64,000 nt of DNA from Vulcanimicrobiota bacterium (GTDB lineage: Bacteria; Vulcanimicrobiota; Vulcanimicrobiia; Vulcanimicrobiales; Vulcanimicrobiaceae): assembly GCA_963820825.1 (NCBI GenBank), contig CAWGBN010000006.1, positions 288,001 through 352,000 of the forward strand, written 5' to 3'. Below the pieces are notes generated by a model. That model was not told the origin of the DNA. It saw only the letters and a list, made by a program, of their open reading frames with translations, and made no database searches. Positions 27,679-37,315 of this stretch are shown here, piece by piece. Position numbers and translations under genes: made by a program. Position 1 is the first letter of the stretch; the number at the start of each line of letters is the position of its first letter.

Positions 27679-28512
27679 GTGCGCGTCCGTCTCGTCGTCA
27701 ACCCCGCCGCGCGCCGCGCAACGCGGCTCGGAGATGCGGTTGCCGCGGAGCTGCATCGTCTCGGAATCGAGGTGACCGAGGCGGAATCAACGTCGAGCGC
27801 CATCGATGCAATCGTGGTCGCGGGGGGCGACGGCACGCTCGCCGGGCAGATTCCCCGCGCGCTGGCCATCGGCGTGCCGATCGGCCTGGTTCCGCTGGGC
27901 ACGTTCAACGATCTCGCCCGGGCGCTCGAGATACCGTTCTCGGTCGAGGCTGCGTGCGCGATCGTCGCGCAGGGTCGTACGCGGCCAATCGACGTCGCGC
28001 GCGTCAACGAGGCGTACTACGCGACCGAAGCGAGCGTCGGTATCTCGAGCCGAATCGCTCGTCTCCAGCGATCCGAAGATAAGCAGCGCTTCGGCTTCTG
28101 GGCGATCTTCGCGAGCATCTTCGCGGTGGCGCGCTACGCTCGGCCGTTTCACGTCGAGATTGCGTTCGAGGGAAGGCGCGAGCGCTTGCGCGCCGTCCAG
28201 TTGACGGTCGCCAACAGCCAGCATTTCGGGGGAATCATCACCGTCGACGATGCCGCGATCGACGACGGCTGGCTCGACTGCTACTGCGTCGAAGTCGATT
28301 CCATCGCAGCGTTTCTCTCTGTCGCGCGAGCGATCGTGACCGGCCGGCGTCACTCCGCACCCGGCTTGCGGACTTTTCGCGCGCGAAGCTTCGACGTGCG
28401 AATGCGCCGTCCGCATCGCATTACCGCCGACGGCGAGCCGGCCGGCAAGACGCCGGCCCGCTTCGAAGTCCTGCCGCGCGCAGTGCGCATCTTCGTACCG
28501 GAGCGGCCGTAA
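27679..28512 (+). CDS. Diacylglycerol/lipid kinase family protein (YegS-like)
   Basis: VNP.A, AGGDGT, PLGTFNDLAR.L, DDGWLD, ADGE. Confidence 0.9.
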   Translation: MRVRLVVNPAARRATRLGDAVAAELHRLGIEVTEAESTSSAIDAIVVAGGDGTLAGQIPRALAIGVPIGLVPLGTFNDLARALEIPFSVEAACAIVAQGRTRPIDVARVNEAYYATEASVGISSRIARLQRSEDKQRFGFWAIFASIFAVARYARPFHVEIAFEGRRERLRAVQLTVANSQHFGGIITVDDAAIDDGWLDCYCVEVDSIAAFLSVARAIVTGRRHSAPGLRTFRARSFDVRMRRPHRITADGEPAGKTPARFEVLPRAVRIFVPERP

Positions 28513-28601
28513 GCAACCGAGCGAAACGAGAGTGAAAACTTTCCGCTCGTCTGCGCGTATAACGTTCAAACGGAGATCAAAGCCCACGACAGGAGTGCGG
28601 T

Positions 28602-30017
28602 ATGAGCCTTTACGAATTCGGCCCATTTCAACTCGATGAGGCGCGCTTGCTCTTGCTCGAGCACGGTACGGCGACGCCGATTGGTCCGAAGGTCGTCGAA
28701 ACGCTCTTAGCCCTGATCGAGCACCCGGGCGAGCTCTTTTCGAAGGCCGACCTGCTCGCCCGCATCTGGCCTGAGGGGTACGTCGACGAAGCGAATCTCG
28801 CGCAGAACGTCTACGTGCTGCGCAAGACCCTCCGCCGGAGTTGGAACCTCGAAGCGATCGAGACGATTCCCCGGCGCGGATACCGCTTTACCGCGCCCGT
28901 TCGGCGCCGTGAGGATCCGCCTCGCCGCGAGCCGGTTCCGGCGGTACCGGCGCCTCCGGTTGCTCCGTCGTTGCGCCGCGGTTCGGCCCTCGCCGCGGTC
29001 TTCGCTCTGGCGCTGCTCGGCGGATCGGCACCGAACCTCTACCGCAGCGCCGCTGCACGGCCTGCCGCCGGCGTCAGCGCCCAGGATACGCGGCTCTATG
29101 CGATGGGCCGATACTATTGGAACCTTCGCTCGCGTGAGGGCATCTCCAAGAGCTTTCAATACTTCTCGCGCGTCCTTTCCAACGATGCGCGCGACGCGCG
29201 CGGATATGCCGGGCTGGCCTCGGCGAATGCAATTACGGCCGATTACGGTTATGGAAGCGCGCCGGCGCAGGTCGAGATCGCGCGCGCTCGCTCGTACGCG
29301 CACAAAGCGCTTGCCATCGATCCCGAGAACGCAGAGGCCTACGCGGTGCTCGGCTTCATCTCGTCGGGGGCGATGAAGAGCGCCGGCGGCGAGCGTCCCG
29401 AAGCACTCGCCGACTTGCGGCGCGCGATTGCGCTCGATCCTTCGAGCGGGACCGCGCACGAATGGTACGGCACCGCGCTCCTACGCCACGGACGGGTCGC
29501 CGAAGCGTACGCGGAACTCACGAAGGCGGCGCAGCTCGACCCGCTCTCGGTCGCAACGGCGTCCTGGCTTGGAACGACGGCCTACTATGAAGGTCACTAT
29601 CGCGACGCAATCGCCTTCGCTCGCGAGACGCTCGACCTCTCGCCGCAGCGAGCCGACGCGTACGAAACGCTGGGCCTTGCCTACGAAGCGCTCGGCGATC
29701 GAACCGACGCGGCCGCGAACTTCCGCCGCCTCGCAACGATCTGTTCCGACTGCAAGGCCGAGTCGGCCGCCCTCCTGAGCGCGCTCTACGCCCGAAGCAA
29801 TCGCATGGCACTCGCCCGCGCCGAGCTGGCGATCGCCCGAGCGAACCTCAACGAGGTGGAGCCTCAGAATCTCGCCCTCGCCCTCGAGGCCGTCGGCGAG
29901 CGCGGCGCGGCCCTGAGCTGGCTGCGGCGCGCCAGGAACATGAGCGGCTACGCCGCCATCGAGATCGCTACCGACCCGCGATTTGCCACCCTACGGCGCG
30001 CCTCGATAAACGGCTGA
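28602..30017 (+). CDS. Transcriptional regulator: CadC/ToxR-type winged helix, TM segment and TPR domain
   Basis: YEFGPF.LD, L.RIWP..V.EANLAQNVYVLRK.L, IETIPRRGYRF, hydrophobic segment, TPR repeats. Confidence 0.88.
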   Translation: MSLYEFGPFQLDEARLLLLEHGTATPIGPKVVETLLALIEHPGELFSKADLLARIWPEGYVDEANLAQNVYVLRKTLRRSWNLEAIETIPRRGYRFTAPVRRREDPPRREPVPAVPAPPVAPSLRRGSALAAVFALALLGGSAPNLYRSAAARPAAGVSAQDTRLYAMGRYYWNLRSREGISKSFQYFSRVLSNDARDARGYAGLASANAITADYGYGSAPAQVEIARARSYAHKALAIDPENAEAYAVLGFISSGAMKSAGGERPEALADLRRAIALDPSSGTAHEWYGTALLRHGRVAEAYAELTKAAQLDPLSVATASWLGTTAYYEGHYRDAIAFARETLDLSPQRADAYETLGLAYEALGDRTDAAANFRRLATICSDCKAESAALLSALYARSNRMALARAELAIARANLNEVEPQNLALALEAVGERGAALSWLRRARNMSGYAAIEIATDPRFATLRRASING

Positions 30018-30028
30018 TCCCGAGGGGG

Positions 30029-30089
30029 TTGACAGGCCCGTACTAATAAGTTATCGTACTAGTGTACTAGTACGATAACTTAATGGTAC
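30029..30089 (+). promoter_or_regulatory. Sigma70 promoter overlapped by a large palindromic GntR/YtrA operator
   Basis: TTGACA (30029)-17 nt-TATCGT (30052); perfect 17-bp inverted repeat TAAGTTATCGTACTAGT-GT-ACTAGTACGATAACTTA (30047-30082). Confidence 0.85.
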
Positions 30090-30113
30090 TAGACGCCTGA
30101 AAGGACTTCCCAG

Positions 30114-30227
30114 ATGATTCAGTCGACCTACGCACCCCAAGATTCCGTCCGCGAGACGCGTACCCCGGTGCGGCTTCCCGATCGCCGCTCGACCGAGCTC
30201 TTCCCCGGCTGGGGCCCGAAGTTCTAG
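30114..30227 (+). CDS. Putative 37-aa leader peptide
   Basis: AAAGGA RBS, ATG 30114, MIQSTYAPQDSVRETRTPVRLPDRRSTELFPGWGPKF*; first ORF after the promoter. Confidence 0.5.
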   Translation: MIQSTYAPQDSVRETRTPVRLPDRRSTELFPGWGPKF

Positions 30228-30260
30228 AGCCGTCCGCGTAAGCGAGTAGGTTCTCGTACG

Positions 30261-30659
30261 ATGCCGGCCGTCCTAACGGTTGATCCACGCAGCGGCGTGC
30301 CGATCTACCTGCAGATCATCGAGCAGATCAAACGATCGATCGCGCTTGGGATCTTGCAGTCAGGGGAGCAGCTTCCAACCGTGAAACAGCTCGCCGTCGA
30401 CCTCACCGTCAATCCGAACACCGTCGCGCGTGCCTACCGCGATTTGGAGCGCGACCAAGTGATCGAGACCGCTCCCGGACGCGGATCCTTCGTTCGCGCC
30501 GACGGCATTACCGAATCGCCGAAGGTGGCCGCGGAGATCGGCGGTGACGCACTCGACGTAGCGCTGCGCGAAGCAAAATCGGTTGGACTCTCGCGCGCAG
30601 ACGTGCACGAGCTCTTCGAAACCGCGCTGCAACGCTGGTACGGCGACCTTGAGAAGTGA
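30261..30659 (+). CDS. GntR-family (YtrA subfamily) regulator
   Basis: PIYLQI..G.L..GEQLPTVKQLA.DL.VNPNTVARAY..LE..G.GSFV with short C-terminal helices; precedes an ABC ATPase. Confidence 0.93.
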   Translation: MPAVLTVDPRSGVPIYLQIIEQIKRSIALGILQSGEQLPTVKQLAVDLTVNPNTVARAYRDLERDQVIETAPGRGSFVRADGITESPKVAAEIGGDALDVALREAKSVGLSRADVHELFETALQRWYGDLEK

Positions 30660-31577
30660 GTGAGCATGAGTATCACGATTACAAATCTTCGTAAACTCTA
30701 CGGCAGAACCGCGGCCGTCGACGGCCTCACCCTGGAGATACCGGGCGGGAGCGTCTTCGGCTTGCTTGGGCCAAACGGCGCGGGTAAGACGACGACGTTC
30801 AAATGTATGCTCGACATGGCGCGTCAGACGAGCGGTGAGATTCTCTACGATGGAAAGCGGCTAGAACCCGCGACCTTCGAGCGGATCGCGTACGTTCCCG
30901 AGCGCAGCGTGCTCTACGACTGGCTGACCGTCGAGGAGCACGTCGAGATGAACCGCCGGGCGTTTACGAACTTCGAGCCGGCTCGCGCCTTCGAATTGCT
31001 CGCGACCTTCAACATCGACCGCCGAAAGCGCGCGCGAACGCTCTCGAAAGGGATGAGGACCGCCGTGATGGTGGCAACCGCCTTCGCGCGAAACGCCGAG
31101 ATTCTCGTGCTCGACGAGCCGACGGGCGGGCTCGACCCGGTCAACCAGCGTCACGTGCTGAGCCTGATGATCAACGAAGCGGCAAAGGGAAACTCGGTGA
31201 TCTTCTCATCGCACCAAATCGGCCAGGTCGAGCGCGCGGCCGAGCACATCGCGGTCATGGACCGCGGGCGGCTCGTTCTGCAAGGAACCGTCGACGATTT
31301 GAAGGCCGATCGCAAGATCGTCGAAGGCATCTTTCCCGACCTCAACTTTACGCTCGACGGAATCGCGAACGATCCGCACGTCGCGCGCGCCGACCGCACC
31401 GAACGCATCGTCCGGCTGCTGGTTACGAGCTGTGCCGACGAGCTGGCCTCGCGTCTCTCGGCCGCCGGCGCCGTGGGCGTGCGAGTGCTCGACCTCAATC
31501 TCGAAGATATCTTTCTATACGCGGTCTCGCCGGCGACGGCGACCGCGGACGTCGTCGCAAAAGAAAGCTCGTCATGA
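30660..31577 (+). CDS. ABC transporter ATP-binding protein (YtrB-like)
   Basis: GPNGAGKTT, LSKGM, LVLDEPT.GLDP, SSH. Confidence 0.93.
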   Translation: MSMSITITNLRKLYGRTAAVDGLTLEIPGGSVFGLLGPNGAGKTTTFKCMLDMARQTSGEILYDGKRLEPATFERIAYVPERSVLYDWLTVEEHVEMNRRAFTNFEPARAFELLATFNIDRRKRARTLSKGMRTAVMVATAFARNAEILVLDEPTGGLDPVNQRHVLSLMINEAAKGNSVIFSSHQIGQVERAAEHIAVMDRGRLVLQGTVDDLKADRKIVEGIFPDLNFTLDGIANDPHVARADRTERIVRLLVTSCADELASRLSAAGAVGVRVLDLNLEDIFLYAVSPATATADVVAKESSS

Positions 31578-32590
31578 ACTACGTTGAATGGCTGCGCGTT
31601 CGAAACTTGCTCAAGATCGTTGCGATCATTCTAGTCGTCTTGGTCGTCCTCGCCGTGATTCTTCGAATCTCCTTCGCGCGCTACATGTCGCCGGACGCGT
31701 GGGTCGCGCACGTGACGATGGATCCCGGAACGAAGGTCTCCCATACGGTTCTTCCCGACGGTACCAAGCGCACGATCATCGACGATCCCACCGAACAGAC
31801 GCACGTGATCATCGACGATCATGGGTATGCCGGCAAGCACATCGTCGTTACGGAGCCCTCGAGCCGCGCACACTCGGATCATTCGAAGATGAACGTCGGG
31901 AGCATCCACGTGATCGAGTCGAACCACGGCACGATGACCACCACCGTGATCGACACCAACGGCTCGGTTCCGATGATGTACTACATGGCGATCGCCGACG
32001 TGGTCGCGTTGATCGTCGCGACGATCTTGGCCGCGCCGCTGGCGCGCGAGATCGACGGCCACCTCGAAATCGCGCTCACGCGGCCGTGCTCGCGGGTGCG
32101 CTTCGCGCTCGGGGTTCTCGTCGCCGACGTCGCCGGCATCGTCGCGGCTTCCGTGCTGACGATCGTCGCGTTCTACGCCTGTCAACTGCTCTTCGAGTCG
32201 GCGCGGCTCGATTTTAGCGGAATCAACGCGCGGGCCATCGCTATGGGCGTCGCGATGCCGCTGGCGTGGTACGCCATGCTCTGCGCGGCCACGACCTGGC
32301 TCAACCGCTCCTACGGCGCGGTGCTCGGGTTCGCGTGGCCGGTGGCGATTCTCGTCGGCGTCCTCACGCTCGTTCACCCCAGCAACGTGGTGGCGCTCTT
32401 CGTGCACGATATTGCCTGGGTGCTCTCGCGGCTCGACCCGCTGTCGTACGTCTCGTTTGCATCGCCGAACGATAACGGCACCTTCGAGTACGCCAGCTCG
32501 GACTTCGGGCTGCGGTTCTTGGTAGAGATAATGTTCTTCGTCGTCTATGGTGCGCTCGCCATCATCAAGTGGCAGCGCGTGGAGGCCTGA
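31574..32590 (+). CDS. ABC-2-type permease-like membrane protein
   Basis: One N-terminal TM, a large loop, then about 5 TMs with ARE.DG.LE..LTRP.SR; overlaps the ATPase by 4 nt. Confidence 0.78.
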   Translation: MNYVEWLRVRNLLKIVAIILVVLVVLAVILRISFARYMSPDAWVAHVTMDPGTKVSHTVLPDGTKRTIIDDPTEQTHVIIDDHGYAGKHIVVTEPSSRAHSDHSKMNVGSIHVIESNHGTMTTTVIDTNGSVPMMYYMAIADVVALIVATILAAPLAREIDGHLEIALTRPCSRVRFALGVLVADVAGIVAASVLTIVAFYACQLLFESARLDFSGINARAIAMGVAMPLAWYAMLCAATTWLNRSYGAVLGFAWPVAILVGVLTLVHPSNVVALFVHDIAWVLSRLDPLSYVSFASPNDNGTFEYASSDFGLRFLVEIMFFVVYGALAIIKWQRVEA

Positions 32591-32592
32591 TC

Positions 32593-32745
32593 GTGGAAAT
32601 CATTGGAACGAATTTCTCCCTCACGCTCGGCGCGTGGCGCCTGCGCTTCATGCTGGCGATCGAAGACCAGGACGAACGCCCCAAAGAGAGAGTCCGTCCG
32701 CCGCACAAGCTGCGCGTCGTGCCTGAGGACGAGTACGTTCGGTAA
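32593..32745 (+). CDS. Small hypothetical protein (50 aa), not in the ORF track
   Basis: GGAGG at 32581, GTG 32593 two nt after the permease stop; MEIIGTNFSLTLGAWRLRFMLAIEDQDERPKERVRPPHKLRVVPEDEYVR*. Confidence 0.6.
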   Translation: MEIIGTNFSLTLGAWRLRFMLAIEDQDERPKERVRPPHKLRVVPEDEYVR

Positions 32746-32779
32746 AAGAGCGGCACGGCGCCCCGCACTTTAACGGGGG

Positions 32780-33961
32780 TTAGTAAACAAAGCCTGTGCG
32801 GACGGCTGGGCGAGCGAACTTGAAGCCGTCGGCGTCGACGGTGTAGAGGTAGATGTTCGGAATCAGCGGATCGCCGCTGATGTTGAAGGCGAACTGACCG
32901 ACGAGCGTCGTGAACGTGCCGCCCGTCTGCAGGGTGCGCAGCAGCGCCTGGCGGGAGGTCGCGTTCCCACGCTGCGACGCCGCGATGATTAGCTGCGCGG
33001 CGGCGTAACCGAAGGCGGATTGCGTCGTGATTTGGCTGACCTCGCGCTCGAAATCGGTGACGAGTTGGACGGCGGTCGGGACGCGATCGAGCGGCGGCAT
33101 CGGCGAGGCGACGTACCCCCCTTTGAGCGTCCTGGCGTAGGTCGAAATCGTCTCGGAATTATAGAATCCATCGGCGGCTCCGAACTCGCCGGTGTAGCCG
33201 AGTACGCGCATCGCGTCGGCAATCGGTCCAAGCTCGGCCGACTTTCCGGCAAGAAAAACGTACCCCGGCGAACGGTCGAGCACGGTCCGCGCGGCTTGCG
33301 CGGGATCGGTCTTTTCGAGCGGAAAGAGCAAGACTTGCGCCGGGTGGCGGTCGTTCTGCGCTTGCGTGACGAAGCCGCTCGCGACGTCGTAGCCGTAATC
33401 GCCGTCAAAGGCGACCGCGATCGCGCTCACCCCGCGTTTGCCCTCGAGTGCGACGGTAGCGAAGAGCCGTCCGGCCGCACTGTCGCGTGCGGGGAGGCGA
33501 TAGATATTGTGATAGCCGCGCTTCGTGACCGAGTCGGCGGTGACGGTCGGACAGATCACCGCAAAACCGACGTTCGCGTAGCGCGAAAGCGCGGCGAGCG
33601 TCATCGGCGCAGTGAGATTACCGACGACTCCGATGCAGTTGAAATCCGCGGCCGCGACGCTGGCGTTCGACGAGGCGACGCCGGGATCGTTGCGGTCGTC
33701 GTACGGGCGTATTCCCCAAGCGTTTGAGAGCAACGTGTTAAAGCGATTCTGCTCGTCGACGGCGGCCTGCACGCCTTTGACGACTTCCTGGCCGTACTTC
33801 TGCAGCGGGCCCGAGAGGGTGACGTTGACCGCGATGTTGATCTGCGGCAGATAGCGCTGTGTCTGGACGGGCGGACCCGGAGCGATCTGCGCGCGCGCCG
33901 GAAGCGCCACGCCGCCGGCGGCGGCCGCTGCGGCGGCCGTAATGAACCGGCGCCGTTTCAC
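32780..33961 (-). CDS. LivJ/LivK-like periplasmic binding protein with Tat signal
   Basis: KRRRFI Tat motif; LSGP..YG..G..AVDE.N, DD..DP, GVVG, DYGY. Confidence 0.82.
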   Translation of the reverse strand: MKRRRFITAAAAAAAGGVALPARAQIAPGPPVQTQRYLPQINIAVNVTLSGPLQKYGQEVVKGVQAAVDEQNRFNTLLSNAWGIRPYDDRNDPGVASSNASVAAADFNCIGVVGNLTAPMTLAALSRYANVGFAVICPTVTADSVTKRGYHNIYRLPARDSAAGRLFATVALEGKRGVSAIAVAFDGDYGYDVASGFVTQAQNDRHPAQVLLFPLEKTDPAQAARTVLDRSPGYVFLAGKSAELGPIADAMRVLGYTGEFGAADGFYNSETISTYARTLKGGYVASPMPPLDRVPTAVQLVTDFEREVSQITTQSAFGYAAAQLIIAASQRGNATSRQALLRTLQTGGTFTTLVGQFAFNISGDPLIPNIYLYTVDADGFKFARPAVRTGFVY

Positions 33962-34806
33962 ACGTATCCGCCGACGGTCGTGATCAGGAAGAAGACCGAA
34001 AACGTCATGTTGGAGATAAAAATGCGCTCGTTGATTACGAAAAGATTGGCCCCGCTTCGGAAGAGATACTCTTCATAGATAATGAGAACCGCGACTGAGA
34101 GCACGCCGAGAAAGTACGGCCGTCCGGCTCCGGCGAGTACCCCCGCGGCTCCCAGGAGCAGGAGCATCGCGCCGTGGAGCACGATCGGTAGAATGCGCCC
34201 GCTCGCTTCGCCGAATCGCACGGGCAAGGAATAGATGCCTTGCGCGCGGTCGACGCCGAGATCCATCAACGCATAGATGATGTCGAATCCCGCGACCCAG
34301 ATCGTTACCGCGGCGAAGAGTAAGATCGCGGGCAGCGTGATCTTGCCCGCAACGCCGATATACGCGCCCAACGGCGCGAGACCGTCGACCGCGCCGAGCA
34401 CGAAGTGGGTCGCCCAAGTGAAGCGCTTGCAGAGCGGATAGATCAACACGAGCAGCGCCGCAATCGGCATGAGCTTCACGCAGAGCGGATTGAGCATCCA
34501 GGCCGAAACGAGCAGCAGCGCGAGGCCCGCAGCGCTCGCCCACAGCATCGTTGCGGGCGAGAGCGCGCCGCTGGCCAAGGCACGGCGAGCGGTTCGCGGA
34601 TTGCGCGCGTCGATCTCGCGGTCGAGAAAACGATTCGCCGCCATTGCCGCGGTCCGCGCGCCGAGAACGGCGAGGGTAATCCAAATCAGCGCGGCGAGCG
34701 AAGGAATGCCGCGGGCCGCCAAGATCGCGCCGACGTAGGCAAAGGGCAATGCGAAGAGCGTGTGCTCGATGCGTATTTCGCGCAGAAAGAGCGCGACGGT
34801 TCTCAC
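33958..34806 (-). CDS. UbiA-family polyprenyltransferase (MqnP-like)
   Basis: IEHTLFALPFA, ARTAAMAANR..DREIDARNPRT..R, WVAGFDIIYA.MD; GTG 34806 overlaps the upstream stop. Confidence 0.9.
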   Translation of the reverse strand: MRTVALFLREIRIEHTLFALPFAYVGAILAARGIPSLAALIWITLAVLGARTAAMAANRFLDREIDARNPRTARRALASGALSPATMLWASAAGLALLLVSAWMLNPLCVKLMPIAALLVLIYPLCKRFTWATHFVLGAVDGLAPLGAYIGVAGKITLPAILLFAAVTIWVAGFDIIYALMDLGVDRAQGIYSLPVRFGEASGRILPIVLHGAMLLLLGAAGVLAGAGRPYFLGVLSVAVLIIYEEYLFRSGANLFVINERIFISNMTFSVFFLITTVGGYV

Positions 34807-36335
34807 CGGAGCGACTCGTCGCGGGTGCGCACGAGCCGCTCGTACGATTGCGCGCCCTGACCGGACCAATCGTCGGGCTGTAACGCCTTCGTTATTGCAT
34901 CGAGACCGTAGGCCGTCCAACGTTCGCTTACCAGGCGGCGCGTTGCGTCGTCGGCGACCATCTCCGGCGGCCACCGGCGGGTGTAGCCCTCGGATGCATC
35001 CTTACGGGTCGCGTCGATGCCGATCTTCGTTCCGTATGCGACGCTGTAGGAGCCGTGGTCGAGATCGTCGACCGGTCCCGGCATCGTCACGACGTCGCGC
35101 TCGGGCGCTAAGTTGTTGAGAACGAACCACGCGACCGCACGCGGATCTTGGACGTCCACATCGGCATCGACCACGACCAGGACGCGCGTGAGCATCATCA
35201 TATGGCCGAGCCCCCAGAGGGCGTTCATCACTTTCTTGGCTTGGCCCGGATAGGACTTTCGAATCGAGACGATCGCGAGGTTGTGGAAGCCGCCTTCGAC
35301 GGGAAGATTCATGTCGACGACCTCGGGAAGCATCGCCTGCAGAATCGGAAGAAAGATTCGTTCGGTGGCCTTGCCCAGCCACGCGTCCTCCATCGGCGGT
35401 TTGCCGACGACCGTCGCCGCATACACCGGATTGCGGCGGTGCGTGATGCACGTGACGTGAAAGGTCGGATAGCGATCGGCCGGACTGTAGACGCCGGTAT
35501 GGTCGCCGAACGGACCTTCGACCCGAAGATCTTCGTTGTCGACGTAGCCTTCCAACACGAACTCGGCTTCGGCAGGTACGAGCAGATCGACGCTTTTGGC
35601 GCGCACGAGTTCGACGGGTTTGCCGCGCAGGAGACCGGCGAAGGCAAACTCGTCGAGCATCGGCGGAAGCGGTGCCGTTGCAGCATAGGTGAGCGCGGGT
35701 TCGGTCCCGATCGCGACCGCGACGGGAATCCGTGCGCCCGCGGCCTCGGCGTGCGCCCTGCCCTGTTTGTGACGCTGCCAGTGCATGCCCGTCTCCTGTG
35801 CGTTGAAGACCTGCATCCGGTACATGCCGACGTTGAACCGTCGGCTCTTGGGATCTTTGGTGATGACGAGCGGAAGCGTGATGAATGGACCGGCGTCGAG
35901 CGGCCAGGTCGTCAAGACGGGAAGTTTCGTAAGGTCGGCCGGCGCCATCACGACCTCTTGAACGCTTCCCTCGCGCAGGATCTTCGGAATTGCGTTGGCG
36001 AGCGGCGCGAGCCGCAGCGCACCTCGCAGCTTTCCGACGAACGATCCGCCCGGCGGCGCGATATCGACGAGCTTGCGTACGCGTGCGCCGACTTCGTCGA
36101 GCGTCGTCGCATCGAGGGCCATCGCCATCCGCCGGTGCGTCCCGAACTGATTCGTCAGCACCGGAAAGCTCGAGCCTTTCACGTTGGAGAAGAGCAGGGC
36201 CGGTCCCCCGGCTTTCACGACGCGGTCGGTGATCGCGCCGATCTCCAGCCGCGGATCGACGCTCGCGACGACGACGTGAAGCTCGCCGGCACGCCGCAAA
36301 GCGGCGACGAACTCACCCAAGGACGCAAAAGGCAT
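34803..36335 (-). CDS. UbiD-family decarboxylase (menaquinone biosynthesis, MqnL-like)
   Basis: GGPALLF, WPLDAGPFITLP, NVGMYRMQ, EGPFGDHTG, VGKPPMED, K.YPGQA.K. Confidence 0.92.
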   Translation of the reverse strand: MPFASLGEFVAALRRAGELHVVVASVDPRLEIGAITDRVVKAGGPALLFSNVKGSSFPVLTNQFGTHRRMAMALDATTLDEVGARVRKLVDIAPPGGSFVGKLRGALRLAPLANAIPKILREGSVQEVVMAPADLTKLPVLTTWPLDAGPFITLPLVITKDPKSRRFNVGMYRMQVFNAQETGMHWQRHKQGRAHAEAAGARIPVAVAIGTEPALTYAATAPLPPMLDEFAFAGLLRGKPVELVRAKSVDLLVPAEAEFVLEGYVDNEDLRVEGPFGDHTGVYSPADRYPTFHVTCITHRRNPVYAATVVGKPPMEDAWLGKATERIFLPILQAMLPEVVDMNLPVEGGFHNLAIVSIRKSYPGQAKKVMNALWGLGHMMMLTRVLVVVDADVDVQDPRAVAWFVLNNLAPERDVVTMPGPVDDLDHGSYSVAYGTKIGIDATRKDASEGYTRRWPPEMVADDATRRLVSERWTAYGLDAITKALQPDDWSGQGAQSYERLVRTRDESLR

Positions 36336-36364
36336 GGCGTCCTGACTTACGCCCCGGGGAGCGA

Positions 36365-37315
36365 TTACTCTTTGTGAGCGGGAATTGCCGCGACGAAGCG
36401 CGCGCCGCCCGACGGAGCCTCGGCGACCGAGACCGCGCCGTCGTGCGCGCGCGCGATCCAGCTCACGATTGCCAGCCCAAGACCCGTACCGTTGCCGTCG
36501 TCCGAGCGCCGGTAGAAGCGCTCGAAGATCCGCTGGCGCTCTTGCGTGGGAATGCCCTCGCCGTCGTCGTCGACGACGATCTCGCAGAGATCGCCGTTGC
36601 GGCGCGAGGCGATCGCGACGCTCCCGCGCGCGTGACGAATTGCGTTGTCGAGTAAATTCCGCGCGAGTTCGCGCAGGCGACGCTCGTCACCGTCGACGAT
36701 CGCGCTGGCCGGGGAGCTTTCGAGCCGTATGCCGCGCGCGGTCGCAATCGGCTGCGTCTCGCTCGACGAATCGGCGACGACGGCTCCAAGGTCCACCGGC
36801 TCGCACTGCAACGCGCGACGCGCGGGATCGCGCGCGAGCGTCAGCAAGTCGGTGACGACCGCCGATGCTTCGAACGCGCTGCGTGCGATCGCTTCGAAGG
36901 CGGCGCGCGTCTCCTCCGGCGGCCGCATGCGCGCGGCCTGCGCGAGCGCCGCAATCGCGGCCAGCGGGGAACGCAGCTCGTGGGCTGCATCCGCGGCGAA
37001 GATGCGTTCGCGCTCGCGGGCCGCTTCGATCGGTGCGATCGCCGTCCGGGCCAGTACGTACGAAGCGACGGCGACGATCGCGACGATCGGAAGATCGAGC
37101 GCAGCGAGCGTAAGGGCGACGCGTCGCATCGCCGCGCTCAGCGCCTGCGAGCCTTCGGGTGTGCCGAGAGCCGGACCGAGCAGCGAGGTATACTCGCGCG
37201 CCATGAACGCGTAGGCTCCGGCATTGAGCGCCAGGAGCACGCAGACGAAGACGGCGAGATAGAGTAACGCTACCCGAAGAATCAACCGGTCTTTAGGCGG
37301 TATCCGATACCCCAT
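36365..37315 (-). CDS. Sensor histidine kinase
   Basis: Two TM segments, H box FAADAAHELRSPL, N box NLLDNAIRH, DDGEGI, FERFYR, GTGLGLAI. Confidence 0.93.
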   Translation of the reverse strand: MGYRIPPKDRLILRVALLYLAVFVCVLLALNAGAYAFMAREYTSLLGPALGTPEGSQALSAAMRRVALTLAALDLPIVAIVAVASYVLARTAIAPIEAARERERIFAADAAHELRSPLAAIAALAQAARMRPPEETRAAFEAIARSAFEASAVVTDLLTLARDPARRALQCEPVDLGAVVADSSSETQPIATARGIRLESSPASAIVDGDERRLRELARNLLDNAIRHARGSVAIASRRNGDLCEIVVDDDGEGIPTQERQRIFERFYRRSDDGNGTGLGLAIVSWIARAHDGAVSVAEAPSGGARFVAAIPAHKE

